DNA of 64,000 nt from Candidatus Bathyarchaeota archaeon (GCA_963768425.1 CAVYHV010000006.1:224001-288000); one strand, 5' to 3'. Counted from the first letter of the stretch, positions 17,446 through 27,518 are shown. Notes: generated from the sequence alone by a model not told the origin. A program made the numbers and translations.

Positions 17446-19718
17446 TAGAAGACTTTATTCAAAGCATAAAGCATATGCAAGGCTACAAGAGACAGATTGT
17501 GCATATACAAGAGATTCCTCCGCAGGAAGCATGTTTTGGTGAGTTGGAGAAATCCTTGCCGCCAAACATTCAAAATTGCTTATTGACAAGGGGCATTCAT
17601 CTTTATTCGCATCAGGCTGAAGCAATAAACAAGGCGAGGGCGGGCAAGAATGTGGCGATTGTTACTCCGACCGCTTCAGGAAAAACCTTGGCGTTTAACA
17701 TTCCTGTTTTGGAAGCTCTTGCAAAAGACCCCAAAGCAACTGCGCTTTATCTTTACCCGACTAAGGCGCTAACAAATGATCAGCTTAAGGTTTTGAGAGA
17801 ACTAGAAAAGGAAACGGGAATTCAAGCTTTCCCCAACGTTTACGATGGTGATACTCCTCAAAGTCAAAGGGCAAGCATCAGAGAAAACAGTAAAATCATC
17901 TTAAGCAACCCGTATGGGCTCCACCAGTATCTTCCATGGCATTATAAGTGGCGAAGCTTTCTTGGAAACCTCAAATTCGTAATAATCGATGAAGCCCACG
18001 TTTACCGCGGCGTATTTGGCTCAAACGTGGCTATGCTTCTGAGGCGGCTCATGAGAGTTTGCAATTATTACCACGCAGACCCACAAATCATCCTCTCGTC
18101 AGCCACCATCGCAAACCCCGAAGAGCACGCCAAGAAACTGACTGGAAAAGACTTCGAAATCGTCTCAAACGATGGCGCCCCAAGAGGAAAAAAATCATTC
18201 CTATTCTGGAACCCACCATTCATCGACGACGCCAACACCACACGCAGATCCACCCATCAAGAAACCAAAGACCTCCTAACCCTCAATATCACAAAAAACC
18301 TCCAAACCCTCTGCTTCACAACATCACGCCAAATGGCTGAGCTTATAACAAGATGGACAAAAGAGGACCTCAAAAAAAGATCGCCAAAACTGGTAAATTC
18401 GGTTACCGCTTACAGAGCTGGCTATCTGCCTCAGGAACGACGTGAAATAGAGAACAGGCTAAAAACAAAAAGCTTAATTGGAGTTGTCTCAACTAACGCG
18501 CTCGAGTTGGGAATCGATATTGGTTCTTTGGATTCAGTGATTATTTCCGGTTACCCGGGAACTGTCATATCAACTTGGCAGCAGGCGGGAAGAGCCGGCA
18601 GAACCAACGCGGATTCGCTTGTAACGTTAGTTGCTTTTCAAAACCCGATTGACCAATACTTCATGAAGCATCCGAAAGACTTCTTTGGAAGGCCACATGA
18701 GCAAGCCATCATTGATCTGCATAATCGCTACATTTCTTTGGGGCACATTATGTGTGCGGCAAGCGAACTGCCCCTAACAGAGGGAGACAAAAAATATTTC
18801 CCAGAACTATTCGAAGAGAGTGTCCAAGCTCTTGAACAACAAAACCTGGTCCGCAAAACGCCCAGGGGCTATGTGTATTCGGGGACGGCAAGACCTGTCG
18901 AAGTTGTAACGTTGGAGAGCATCTCCGACAAAACCGTCACCGTAACATGCAACGGAAACATACTTGAAACCCTCACACTGAACAAAGCCTACGAAGAAGC
19001 ACATGCAGGCGCAGTCCTGCTTCATCAAGGCGAAACATACATCTCAGAAGAATTAGACCTCAACCAATTGACCGCCAAAGTCACACAGGAAAACGTCAAC
19101 TACTACACAGAAGCACTGAAAACCGTTGACGTCGCCATAAAGAAAACTCTTGAAGAAAAACAAATCGGCATCCAAGTTGGCTTAGGAGAATTAATTACAA
19201 CGGAATTTTACCATACTTACGTTACCAAATCGTATGATGAGGTTGTTGAGAGAAAACCGCTTAGTCTCCCGCCTTTATCGTTTTCAACTGTTGGCATGTG
19301 GTTTATTATTCCAGAGGAGATCAAGAAGGAAATCGAAGATAGCGGGCTCGATTTTGACGGGGGAATACATGCGGCGGAACATGCGATGATTGCTATGTCG
19401 CCGATTTTTGCGATGTGTGATCGATGGGATATCGGTGGAATGTCGACTCCTCTGCATCCGGATACAGGAGAACCCACAATTTTCATTTATGACGGCTTTG
19501 AAGGCGGGATTGGAATTTCAGAAAACCTCTACCAAAACATAAAACCCCTTTTGGAAAAAACCTTAGAGCTGATCGATAAATGTGAATGCAAAGACGGTTG
19601 CCCCTCATGCATCTACTCGCCAAAATGCGGAAACGAAAACAAGCCCTTAGACAAGAAAGCAGCAAGCATAATTCTGCAAAGAATTTTGAGTATGGTAAAC
19701 CGAAAAACAATAGCGTGA
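17433..19718 (+). CDS. MrfA/YprA/Hrq1-family DEAH helicase with DUF1998
   Basis: TPTASGKT, DEAH, QQAGRAGR, C-terminal CECKDGCPSC. Confidence 0.92.
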   Translation: MEPLIEDFIQSIKHMQGYKRQIVHIQEIPPQEACFGELEKSLPPNIQNCLLTRGIHLYSHQAEAINKARAGKNVAIVTPTASGKTLAFNIPVLEALAKDPKATALYLYPTKALTNDQLKVLRELEKETGIQAFPNVYDGDTPQSQRASIRENSKIILSNPYGLHQYLPWHYKWRSFLGNLKFVIIDEAHVYRGVFGSNVAMLLRRLMRVCNYYHADPQIILSSATIANPEEHAKKLTGKDFEIVSNDGAPRGKKSFLFWNPPFIDDANTTRRSTHQETKDLLTLNITKNLQTLCFTTSRQMAELITRWTKEDLKKRSPKLVNSVTAYRAGYLPQERREIENRLKTKSLIGVVSTNALELGIDIGSLDSVIISGYPGTVISTWQQAGRAGRTNADSLVTLVAFQNPIDQYFMKHPKDFFGRPHEQAIIDLHNRYISLGHIMCAASELPLTEGDKKYFPELFEESVQALEQQNLVRKTPRGYVYSGTARPVEVVTLESISDKTVTVTCNGNILETLTLNKAYEEAHAGAVLLHQGETYISEELDLNQLTAKVTQENVNYYTEALKTVDVAIKKTLEEKQIGIQVGLGELITTEFYHTYVTKSYDEVVERKPLSLPPLSFSTVGMWFIIPEEIKKEIEDSGLDFDGGIHAAEHAMIAMSPIFAMCDRWDIGGMSTPLHPDTGEPTIFIYDGFEGGIGISENLYQNIKPLLEKTLELIDKCECKDGCPSCIYSPKCGNENKPLDKKAASIILQRILSMVNRKTIA

Positions 19719-19898
19719 TCAAAAATCAGCGTTGGATTGTTTAGTAGAGGAAGATTAGGCTGGCAAGGACTCCGAGCTATTGCGAAAGGTTTCTAACCCA
19801 GCCAACTATCATGTTAGTTTTGAGGAGAATAGCCAACGAGCAATGTTTGCACATGTAAAGCACGTTTTGGCGATACTCTTTGCTAGAAGGCGAAAAAC

Positions 19899-20309
19899 AT
19901 GGAAGATAGTTTCGATGTTAATTTCTGTAAAGTGCTTGTTAAGAAACCTACCTCAGATAGTACTAGTTTTGAACAATATGAAGAGCCTTTGATAGATGTT
20001 ATCGACGAAGAAGACAATGTTAGGCTTTTGGTTCAATGCAGATGTCAAGAAGAACAAGTTAGTATTCACGTGAACAAGGAACAAGGTGGAATAACAGTTT
20101 GCAAGGAACAGTGCCATATCAAGAAAGAATCAGAAATAGTCGTTTGCGGTGACGTGTGCACCAGAAATATTCCTTTAAACCTAAAAGATCTGCAACTGGA
20201 AGACATGCAGTTCATCGTATCTCAGTGCAACAACAACAATGTCCTTGAAATAACAATCCCAAAAATAAACACAAAGCCAACGACGAACGCTAAGCAATTA
20301 AACCCTTAA
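19899..20309 (+). CDS. Hsp20/alpha-crystallin-like protein, Cys-rich
   Basis: EEPLIDVIDEEDNVRLLV...NNNNVLEITIPK resembles the archaeal Hsp20 core. Confidence 0.6.
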   Translation: MEDSFDVNFCKVLVKKPTSDSTSFEQYEEPLIDVIDEEDNVRLLVQCRCQEEQVSIHVNKEQGGITVCKEQCHIKKESEIVVCGDVCTRNIPLNLKDLQLEDMQFIVSQCNNNNVLEITIPKINTKPTTNAKQLNP

Positions 20310-20514
20310 GGCTTCATTTGGCTAAGTTTTCTCTTCTTTCTCTTTTCTTTAGTTTCTTTGAGTTTGTCGATCTCCATTTTATTTGTTCCAAAACTGCCGT
20401 CAGTCTTTGTTTTCTGCGCTCCAGCGTTTCCAGGACCTGCTCCTTGCTTGGCTAAGCCATAGGTTCCCGGTACGTGGTTTCTCACGGTTGCTGCGACGCT
20501 GTTCGGCAGCTGAG

Positions 20515-21294
20515 CTATGATAGTGATGGGGTTGGTGCCTTATCAATCTCTAAACTAGCAATGTACTCGCGGTCTTTTGGCGGATTCTTGTCTCTCTCTT
20601 TTTCAAACACGATTCTGGTTTTCCAACCCAAATGTTCGGCCGCGAGTTGCAAGTGACAAATAGCAATGCCCACATTGAGCGGGAAATAGCTGCCGCCGAC
20701 GATGCTTCTGAGAAAGCCGGCTTTGGGTGAATAGGTATGAATCAGATTTTTGTCTCCGGTGAAGTACCAGTTCTGCAGGTTGATTGCTGATGGGGCTAGG
20801 CGGGCTGGTTCCAACAATTCATCCGCGCCCTCTATGTTGGTTATCTCTGAGAGGGTTTTTCTTTTAAACTGCGAAATGCTGGTTCTGTGCAGTGTTTCCT
20901 TTGGATTTCCAAACGACATCAAAATGATGAATTCTAGGCTTGAAGACTCCCTTACTTCCTTGGTTGGTTGAGGAATGCCTAGCCAGCAGCTGCCTGTGCC
21001 GGTCGCTGAAAAATACAGATCCATTTGCTGAAGCATGAAACCCATGTTTGCTTTGTATGTGTCTTTTGCTTCGGAGAATGCTGCTATGTAATGGGGTGCT
21101 TTGTTCATGCCCTTTCGGGTTACTTGGTCTGGCGAGATAATCTTGAACTCTGTTTTAATTTCGGTGGACATTGGTTTTAGGGCGTCCAGGTTCCTGGAAA
21201 TCTCGTCTAGATGATTTTGGTCAAGTTGCGCCGGATCATAGTTCCGAATTGATTTTCTCTTGAAAATCGCTTCGTACAGATCATTTTCATTCAT
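20515..21294 (-). CDS. Nitroreductase-family protein (tandem domains)
   Basis: RKSIRNY, GTGSCWLG, ARLAPSAINLQNW. Confidence 0.88.
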   Translation of the reverse strand: MNENDLYEAIFKRKSIRNYDPAQLDQNHLDEISRNLDALKPMSTEIKTEFKIISPDQVTRKGMNKAPHYIAAFSEAKDTYKANMGFMLQQMDLYFSATGTGSCWLGIPQPTKEVRESSSLEFIILMSFGNPKETLHRTSISQFKRKTLSEITNIEGADELLEPARLAPSAINLQNWYFTGDKNLIHTYSPKAGFLRSIVGGSYFPLNVGIAICHLQLAAEHLGWKTRIVFEKERDKNPPKDREYIASLEIDKAPTPSLS

Positions 21295-21443
21295 TTTCTC
21301 ACCAGAATAATCACAAGTTGACTGCTAGTAAAAGCTTCCTTTTCGTTCTATCAACAAATGTTTCAATCGCGTTTGCTGCGGAACGATTGGTATTTATCGT
21401 CGAGGTAGGTCTATTTTGATTGTCTTTCTGGGAGTTCTGTGCT

Positions 21444-22778
21444 TTGAAGAAAACTAGAGTCATCATTATGGGTGCGGCTGGGCGAGACTTTCACAATTTT
21501 AATGTCTACTACCGGAAAAACGAGCAATACGATGTTGTCGCTTTTACAGCTGCTCAAATTCCTAACATTGAAAAAAGAGTGTACCCTGCAGTTCTGGCGG
21601 GACCAAACTATCCTGAGGGCATTCCGATCTTTTCAGAAGAGAGACTTGTTGACCTCATTAGGGAATACGAAGTTGAAGAAGTTGTCTTCGCTTACAGCGA
21701 TGTTTCACACGAATACGTGATGCATCAAGCGTCGAAGGCACTGTCAAATGGACCTGACTTTAGGCTTATGGGACCTTTGACAACTATGCTGAAAGCCAAA
21801 GTTCCCTTGATATCTGTCTGTGCTACAAGAACTGGAGCGGGAAAGAGCCAAACCTCCAGAAAAGTCGCGGAAATTCTCAAAAACCTCGGCTACAGAATCG
21901 TCATCATTAGGCATCCTATGCCATACTGCGATCTCTCCGCAGACCCAGTTCAACGATATGCTTCCTACGAGGATTTAGACAAGTATGCCTGTACAATTGA
22001 GGAGAGAGAGGAGTATGAGCCTCACATTCTGCGCGGCAACACCGTTTACGCGGGGGTCGACTACGAAAGAATCTTGGTTGACGCCGAAAAAGAAGCTGAC
22101 ATCATCGTTTGGGATGGAGGCAACAACGATCTTCCCTTCTATCGACCAGACTTGCATATTGTGGTAACGGACCCTCACAGGCCTGGGCATGAACTGACAT
22201 ACCATCCTGGCGAAACAAATCTAAGAATGGCCGATGCAGTTATCATTAACAAAGTGGATACCGCTGACCCTCTAAATGTTGAAACTGTAAGAAAAAACAT
22301 AAGAAGCGTTAATGCCACCGCCCAAATAATTGAAGCCGCCTCACCCATCACCGTTGACAAACCCGAACTCGTTACCGGAAAACGAGTTCTCGTTGTGGAA
22401 GATGGGCCAACGTTGACGCATGGACAAATGTCTTATGGAGCAGGAGCATTAGCGGCAAAGATGCTGGGCGCCAAAGAACTGGTGGATCCGCGGCAGTACA
22501 GCGTAGGCTCAATAGCTGAGGTGTTTGAGAAATATCCGCATTTGAAATCAGTTCTTCCGGCAATGGGCTACGATTCAAAACAGATTCAAGAACTGGAGCA
22601 AACAATAAACGCGGTTCCATGTGACACGGTACTTGTGGGCACTCCTATTGATTTGCGTAGGTTTCTCAACTTAAATAAGCCGAGCGCGAAAGCCAGTTAT
22701 GAGCTTAAGGAAATAGGAATCCCAACTCTCGAAGAAATATTAAAGAAATTTCTGTCAAAAACATTTATTCAAAGATAA
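21444..22778 (+). CDS. Cyclic 2,3-diphosphoglycerate synthetase-like P-loop NTPase
   Basis: MGAAGRDFHNFN, RTGAGKS, TIEEREEYE, WDGGNND, EDGPTLTHG. Confidence 0.88.
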   Translation: MKKTRVIIMGAAGRDFHNFNVYYRKNEQYDVVAFTAAQIPNIEKRVYPAVLAGPNYPEGIPIFSEERLVDLIREYEVEEVVFAYSDVSHEYVMHQASKALSNGPDFRLMGPLTTMLKAKVPLISVCATRTGAGKSQTSRKVAEILKNLGYRIVIIRHPMPYCDLSADPVQRYASYEDLDKYACTIEEREEYEPHILRGNTVYAGVDYERILVDAEKEADIIVWDGGNNDLPFYRPDLHIVVTDPHRPGHELTYHPGETNLRMADAVIINKVDTADPLNVETVRKNIRSVNATAQIIEAASPITVDKPELVTGKRVLVVEDGPTLTHGQMSYGAGALAAKMLGAKELVDPRQYSVGSIAEVFEKYPHLKSVLPAMGYDSKQIQELEQTINAVPCDTVLVGTPIDLRRFLNLNKPSAKASYELKEIGIPTLEEILKKFLSKTFIQR

Positions 22779-22857
22779 ATACACTTGTCTGAATACGAAT
22801 ACGTTAAAAGTCCAGCGGCAAAATGACCTTGACGATAACGTCTTTGAAGGTTGAAAA

Positions 22858-23514
22858 ATGAAGGCTCTTGCAATTAATGGAAGCCCAAGAAAAACTTGGA
22901 ACACAGCTGCAATGCTCAACAAAGCACTTGAAGGTGCAGCCTCTGAAGGTGCCGAAACAGAAATCATTCATTTGTATGACCTTAACTTTAAAGGCTGTAC
23001 GAGCTGTTTTGCCTGTAAGCTAAAGGGTGGGAAAAGCTATGGAGAATGCGCCTACAAAGACGAGATTACGCCAGTTCTCAAAAATATCCCGAAAATCGAC
23101 GCTCTTATCCTCGGCTCACCCATATACATGGGAACAATAACTGGCGAAATGAAGAAATTTCTAGAACGTCTGATCTTTCCATTTCTGGTCTATGATGTCA
23201 ACCGTTCCTCTCTGTTCCCAAAGAAGATACCGGTTGGATTCATATACACAATGGGTGCAGATGAAATCCGGCTCAAAGAGATGGGCATAGATCGGCACAC
23301 TCGCCTAAACGAGGCGATATTGGGCAGAATCTTCGGAGCATCAGAATCATTAGTCGCCACTGATACATACCAATTCGAAGACTACACAAAATACGTCTCA
23401 TCATTTGATGTGGAAGAAAAAATAATGAGACGCAAAGAAGTTTTCCCTATCGACTGCGAAAAGGCATACAAGATGGGGGCAAGATTCGCAAAAAAAACTG
23501 AACAGCAAAAATAA
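22858..23514 (+). CDS. Iron-sulfur flavoprotein / flavodoxin family
   Basis: INGSPRK, CTSCFACK...C. Confidence 0.88.
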   Translation: MKALAINGSPRKTWNTAAMLNKALEGAASEGAETEIIHLYDLNFKGCTSCFACKLKGGKSYGECAYKDEITPVLKNIPKIDALILGSPIYMGTITGEMKKFLERLIFPFLVYDVNRSSLFPKKIPVGFIYTMGADEIRLKEMGIDRHTRLNEAILGRIFGASESLVATDTYQFEDYTKYVSSFDVEEKIMRRKEVFPIDCEKAYKMGARFAKKTEQQK

Positions 23515-23579
23515 CAATCAAAATAAAATTTTAGATAGACCGCTGTTAACGCTAAACAATCCCTTTTCATGCAAACTCT

Positions 23580-23755
23580 TTAATGCAAAAACGGGTGGTC
23601 GATAAGTTGCTTTTTTTCTTTGGTTTTTGATAGTTACTGAAGCATGCGCTCTCCCTGGAGGCGGGTGCGCTTTAGTTGCCTGCCCTTTTTAGCTGACTCT
23701 TTTAAGTTTCATGAGGTTGAGGATTAAAACTAAATGTATTAATTTTCTTAGGCAT
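23580..23755 (-). pseudogene. Second, more decayed RHH/terminase-C-terminus relic
   Basis: CCTGGAGGCGGGTGCGCTTTAGTTG matches 9787-9811; encodes RQLKR.PPPG and DHPF; MPKKINTFSFNP start next to module A. Confidence 0.5.
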
Positions 23756-23768
23756 ACGCTTGTTCACC

Positions 23769-23843
23769 TGTATATGCAAAGTGTATATGCAAATTGTATA
23801 TGCATTGACCCGACCGGTCGGCTTGTACACACAAGAGAGAACC
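23769..23843 (+). repeat. Module A copy 2: 3 x 13-bp TGTATATGCAAA(G/T) + ATTGACCCGACCGGTCGGCTTGTACACACAAGAGAGAACC
   Basis: Direct sequence match to the other copies. Confidence 0.9.
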
Positions 23844-23958
23844 TGACTTAGGCAAATGGAATCAAGTTTGACGAGGCAGACAAGGCGTTTGAAATTATTG
23901 CTAAGAAACTGGACGGAGTCATAAAATCACTCATAACGTTCTAAGAAACAGGCGTCTA

Positions 23959-24683
23959 CTATTGACTGTAGGCTGTGCTCATGCCCTTGTCTAAGCTAGC
24001 TTCCCTTGTGATTTCTTCCACAACTTTTTGGTACCCCGATGGGTTTACAGCTTTTAGTATCTCCAGATAAAGGCCGGCTTCAGGATATGCACCTACAAAT
24101 GAGTAGCTTTCATTTACAATGGTTTTAGGTGTTCCCGTTACGCTGTATTTTTGTGCAAGATAAGGAAACACGCTGAGGTCAACCATGTCTGCTCGAATGT
24201 TTTCGTTTAGAAAAGCGAAGCTATGCGCAGCCCGCACTGCCTTTGGACAATGAGGACAAGTTGGAGAAGACATTACTTGCAGGTGAATGTTATTTGGCAT
24301 TGTTCGCACTAATACTTCAAGTCGGGGATCGAGGCTGTGCGTTCGCTGGAAACCATGATGATGTCTTCTATGAGCATCTTAAATTCAAAACCAGCCGTTA
24401 AACCAAAGAACCGGATGCCATAGTCACGTTTGCCAACAATCGCCGTTGCCGGTATCTTATCTATCTTGTAGTTCATGGCTTCATCGCCATTTAGAACAAA
24501 GTCATAGCTTTTCAAAGTTAACTTGTTTGATAAAGAACTGACTTCTCGCAACAGTTCCTCTTGATCCCCGCAGGCAGCACAACCGTCTTTTTGAGTAAAG
24601 AAAACAAGACGCACGGGATTAACCAAATTCCCAAACGCCGCCACCAAATGAGTCCTAACGTTTTCCTCAACAAAGCGTGACAT
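23959..24683 (-). CDS. Protein-disulfide oxidoreductase (two thioredoxin folds), frameshifted near 24325
   Basis: N-terminal CAAC and C-terminal CPHC; two ORFs in series. Confidence 0.85.
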
Positions 24684-24877
24684 AATAACACCAAAAACGT
24701 TCTAGAATATTAACTACGAAACTTTTCAATTTTCTTGCCCACATCAAAAAACTCAGGAACACCCCAACTCAAAGGGGGCTGACATCTTCAAACTGATGGA
24801 TAAAAAAACATTAAAGATATCCTGACGAGGAAATACAAAATGAATTAACCCCGCGCGCAAATCAAAAAGTTCGAATC

Positions 24878-25036
24878 TTAGGGGTAGTCCAAACGAAACC
24901 AATAATCAGAATGCTGCGCAGTCAGCTCAATGTTTTTGCATTTGGGGCATAGGAAAAAAGTATTTTGAAGTTGACTTAAATCTTCAAATTCACCCTTTGC
25001 CTCCATATCGGTGCCACACTTTGGGCATTTATGCAT
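24878..25036 (-). CDS. 52-aa CPxCG zinc-finger microprotein (not in ORF track)
   Basis: MHKCPKCGTDM...FLCPKCKNIE; directly follows the Lrp-domain gene. Confidence 0.7.
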   Translation of the reverse strand: MHKCPKCGTDMEAKGEFEDLSQLQNTFFLCPKCKNIELTAQHSDYWFRLDYP

Positions 25037-25051
25037 AATTTCTCTTCCTTG

Positions 25052-25351
25052 CTAGGTTTTTGGGGCGCCTTCGTCGATTTTGGTTTCCTTACCAATGATA
25101 TCTTTCCGACGGCTCAGAATTACTGTGGTAATGGTGCTTTTTACTCCATTAATCTTCATTACTTGTTTCTGTAAGACGTTATGAAACTCCTCTATGCTTG
25201 AGGCCGAGATAAAAGAAACTATATCATATTCTCCTTTTACCTCGTAGACTTCTTTTGCATTTGGAAGCTTCGATAGCTCGCGTAGAACGTTGTTTTTCTG
25301 TGATTGGTCAATGAAAATGTTTACTGAAGCTAAGAATTGGCTCAACTTCAC
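25052..25351 (-). CDS. Stand-alone Lrp/AsnC ligand-binding domain
   Basis: EVYEVKGEYDIV...INGVKSTIT. Confidence 0.85.
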   Translation of the reverse strand: MKLSQFLASVNIFIDQSQKNNVLRELSKLPNAKEVYEVKGEYDIVSFISASSIEEFHNVLQKQVMKINGVKSTITTVILSRRKDIIGKETKIDEGAPKT

Positions 25352-25634
25352 ACGCGACCTATTTTTCTAGTTTTAAAGGACAACACATAGGTTCCTCAAT
25401 GAAGATTGAGGACATCTGCCGATAATATAAAGCTGGTTATGAACTGTTCATAACTTGTCAATTTTACTCAACTATTGTTTACAGAAAAACAATAAAACTA
25501 AAACTAGTGATAAACAAGAACTGAATAAGAAGACAAATGTCTAAAAAGAGGTCAACCGATTTATGGGATCCTTCACGGTCTGGAAATAGCTTTAAGGCGC
25601 GATTCTTTCTAAACTCTTCAGGAGCTCTCCTTAA

Positions 25635-27077
25635 ATGGCAGTTACAAAAGAATATGACTTGATTGTTATCGGAACAGGATCCGGAATGGAACTTGCTTCT
25701 GCATTCGTTGAAGAAAATCCCAAAGCGAAAATCGCAGTAATCGACAAAGATGAACCTGGAGGAATCTGCCTGACAAAAGGCTGCATTCCCTCAAAACTTC
25801 TAATTTATCCAGCCGACCTTGTGAGAACGGTTCAGAAAGCTGAAAAATTCGGAATCCAAGTGGAAATCAAAAAAATAGATTCAGCAGCGGTCTTGGCACG
25901 CATGCGGTCAATTATAGACAGAGACATAGATTCGATTAGAAATGGGTTATCCAATTATAGTAACATAGACTATTACCCGTCTGTCGCCGAGTTTGTAGCA
26001 CCATACACGATAAAAATCGGGGACAACACGATAACTTCTAAGATGATTTTTCTCTCCACAGGCTCAAAACCTACTATTCCCCCTATTGAGGGTTTAGAAG
26101 AAGTCGGTTACCTGACCAGCGATACGATCCTCAAGATCATGCAACTGCCCCAAAGCATCGCCATTATAGGAGGAGGCTACATTGCTGCTGAATACAGTCA
26201 CTTTCTTTCTGCGATGGGTTCAAAAGTCACTATAATCGGGAGAAACCTACAGTTTATTCCTGAAGAAGAACCGGAAATCTCCGCATTAGCTAAAAGAGAA
26301 ATGCAAAAACACTCCACGATGCTGACTGGTCAAGAAGTGCGGAAAGTCGAAAAAACTTTGGATGGAAAAAAGAAACTAATCGCGGTCGACCGAGAATCGA
26401 AAAAGGAGACAGAAATCGTTGCTGACGAAATTCTTTTAGCGGTTGGAAGAATGCCTAACAGTGATATCCTTCACCCCGAAAAAGCCGGAATCAAAACAGA
26501 CGAAAAAGGGTTTCTGATTGTTAACGAATATCTCGAAACCACCCAACCAGGTGTCTGGGCTGTGGGAGATTCAGACGGGAAATTCATGTTCAAACACGTT
26601 GCAAACTATGAATCCCAAATCGTTTACTACAATGCCGTCGAAAAAATGAAGGTTGCTGTAGACTATCATGCTGTTCCCCACGCTGTTTTTAGTGAACCAG
26701 AAATCGCCAGCGTAGGCCTCAAAGAAAGTGAAGCAGTAGCCAAGTACACTGAAGATAACGTACTTATCGGCTTTTGGAAATATGCAGATACAGCTAAAGG
26801 AGAAGCTATGGCTTTGGAAGACGAGTTTGTTAAGGTCATAGTCGAGAGACAAACCGGACGAATAGTTGGGGCACACATCATTGGACCCCAAGCCTCGGTG
26901 CTAATTCAAGAAATAATAAACTTGATGTACACCGCTGATCAAAGCTATGAGCCGCTAAGTAACGCGATGCACATTCACCCAGCATTGAGCGAGGTTGTGG
27001 CAAGGGCATTTCATTCACTGATGACACCAGCACAGTACAGCCACCTCTTGCATGAGCACACAAATCTTCTAAAATGA
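25635..27077 (+). CDS. Dihydrolipoamide dehydrogenase-family disulfide reductase
   Basis: VIGTGSG, GGICLTKGCIPSK, IIGGGYI, HIHPALSE. Confidence 0.9.
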   Translation: MAVTKEYDLIVIGTGSGMELASAFVEENPKAKIAVIDKDEPGGICLTKGCIPSKLLIYPADLVRTVQKAEKFGIQVEIKKIDSAAVLARMRSIIDRDIDSIRNGLSNYSNIDYYPSVAEFVAPYTIKIGDNTITSKMIFLSTGSKPTIPPIEGLEEVGYLTSDTILKIMQLPQSIAIIGGGYIAAEYSHFLSAMGSKVTIIGRNLQFIPEEEPEISALAKREMQKHSTMLTGQEVRKVEKTLDGKKKLIAVDRESKKETEIVADEILLAVGRMPNSDILHPEKAGIKTDEKGFLIVNEYLETTQPGVWAVGDSDGKFMFKHVANYESQIVYYNAVEKMKVAVDYHAVPHAVFSEPEIASVGLKESEAVAKYTEDNVLIGFWKYADTAKGEAMALEDEFVKVIVERQTGRIVGAHIIGPQASVLIQEIINLMYTADQSYEPLSNAMHIHPALSEVVARAFHSLMTPAQYSHLLHEHTNLLK

Positions 27078-27119
27078 AATGGGTAACTTCTGCCCTTTTA
27101 GCGGCATATGCTTGCCTGC

Positions 27120-27193
27120 TCTATCAACAAACTGTATCAACAAAGTGTATATACATTGACCGACCGGTCGGCTTGTACACACAAGAGAGAACC
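27120..27193 (+). repeat. Module A copy 3: 3 x 13-bp + ATTGACCGACCGGTCGGCTTGTACACACAAGAGAGAACC
   Basis: Core identical to copy 2 except for one C. Confidence 0.9.
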
Positions 27194-27240
27194 CCCCCTC
27201 CTGCCGGAGACCTTTCTTATTTGATTTGCGAGTTGAAACT

Positions 27241-27332
27241 TTAATTGACTTTAGTAAACGTTAGTTGACGCAACCTGCAAACGAAACAAGCTCTAAGCCA
27301 AAAAACAACCCATTTCACGATGGAAAAAAATT
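27241..27332 (+). repeat. 3 x 10-bp units (TTAATTGACT, TTAGTAAACG, TTAGTTGACG) + module C box
   Basis: Followed in phase by CAACCTGCAA...CAAAAAACAACCCATTTCAC...AAAAAAATT. Confidence 0.75.
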
Positions 27333-27384
27333 CTGCAGCAAAAAACCTTAGCTCAGCACCCGCAACTCTTCTCCCGCAGAGATC

Positions 27385-27518
27385 TTTTGGGATGTTTTGG
27401 GATGTTTTGGGATGTTTTGGGATGTTTTGGGATGTTTTGGGATGTTTCTAGAGACCAGTTGCAACCAAAACAAGCCCCAGACAAGCAAAGCAACCCAAAA
27501 CACCAACAGAAAAATTTT
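27385..27518 (+). repeat. 6 perfect x TTTTGGGATG (27385-27444) + module C box
   Basis: Visible array followed by CAGTTGCAACCAA...GCAACCCAAAACAC...GAAAAATTTT. Confidence 0.92.

Noticed and set aside
20307-20460. Coiled-coil fragment PSKEQVLETLERRKQRL (DUF5320-like relic)
   Set aside because: Interrupted by a stop and a shift; too short to assign.
24865-24890. tRNA T-loop-like GTTCGAATC
   Set aside because: No acceptor stem or cloverleaf; abuts a small CDS.
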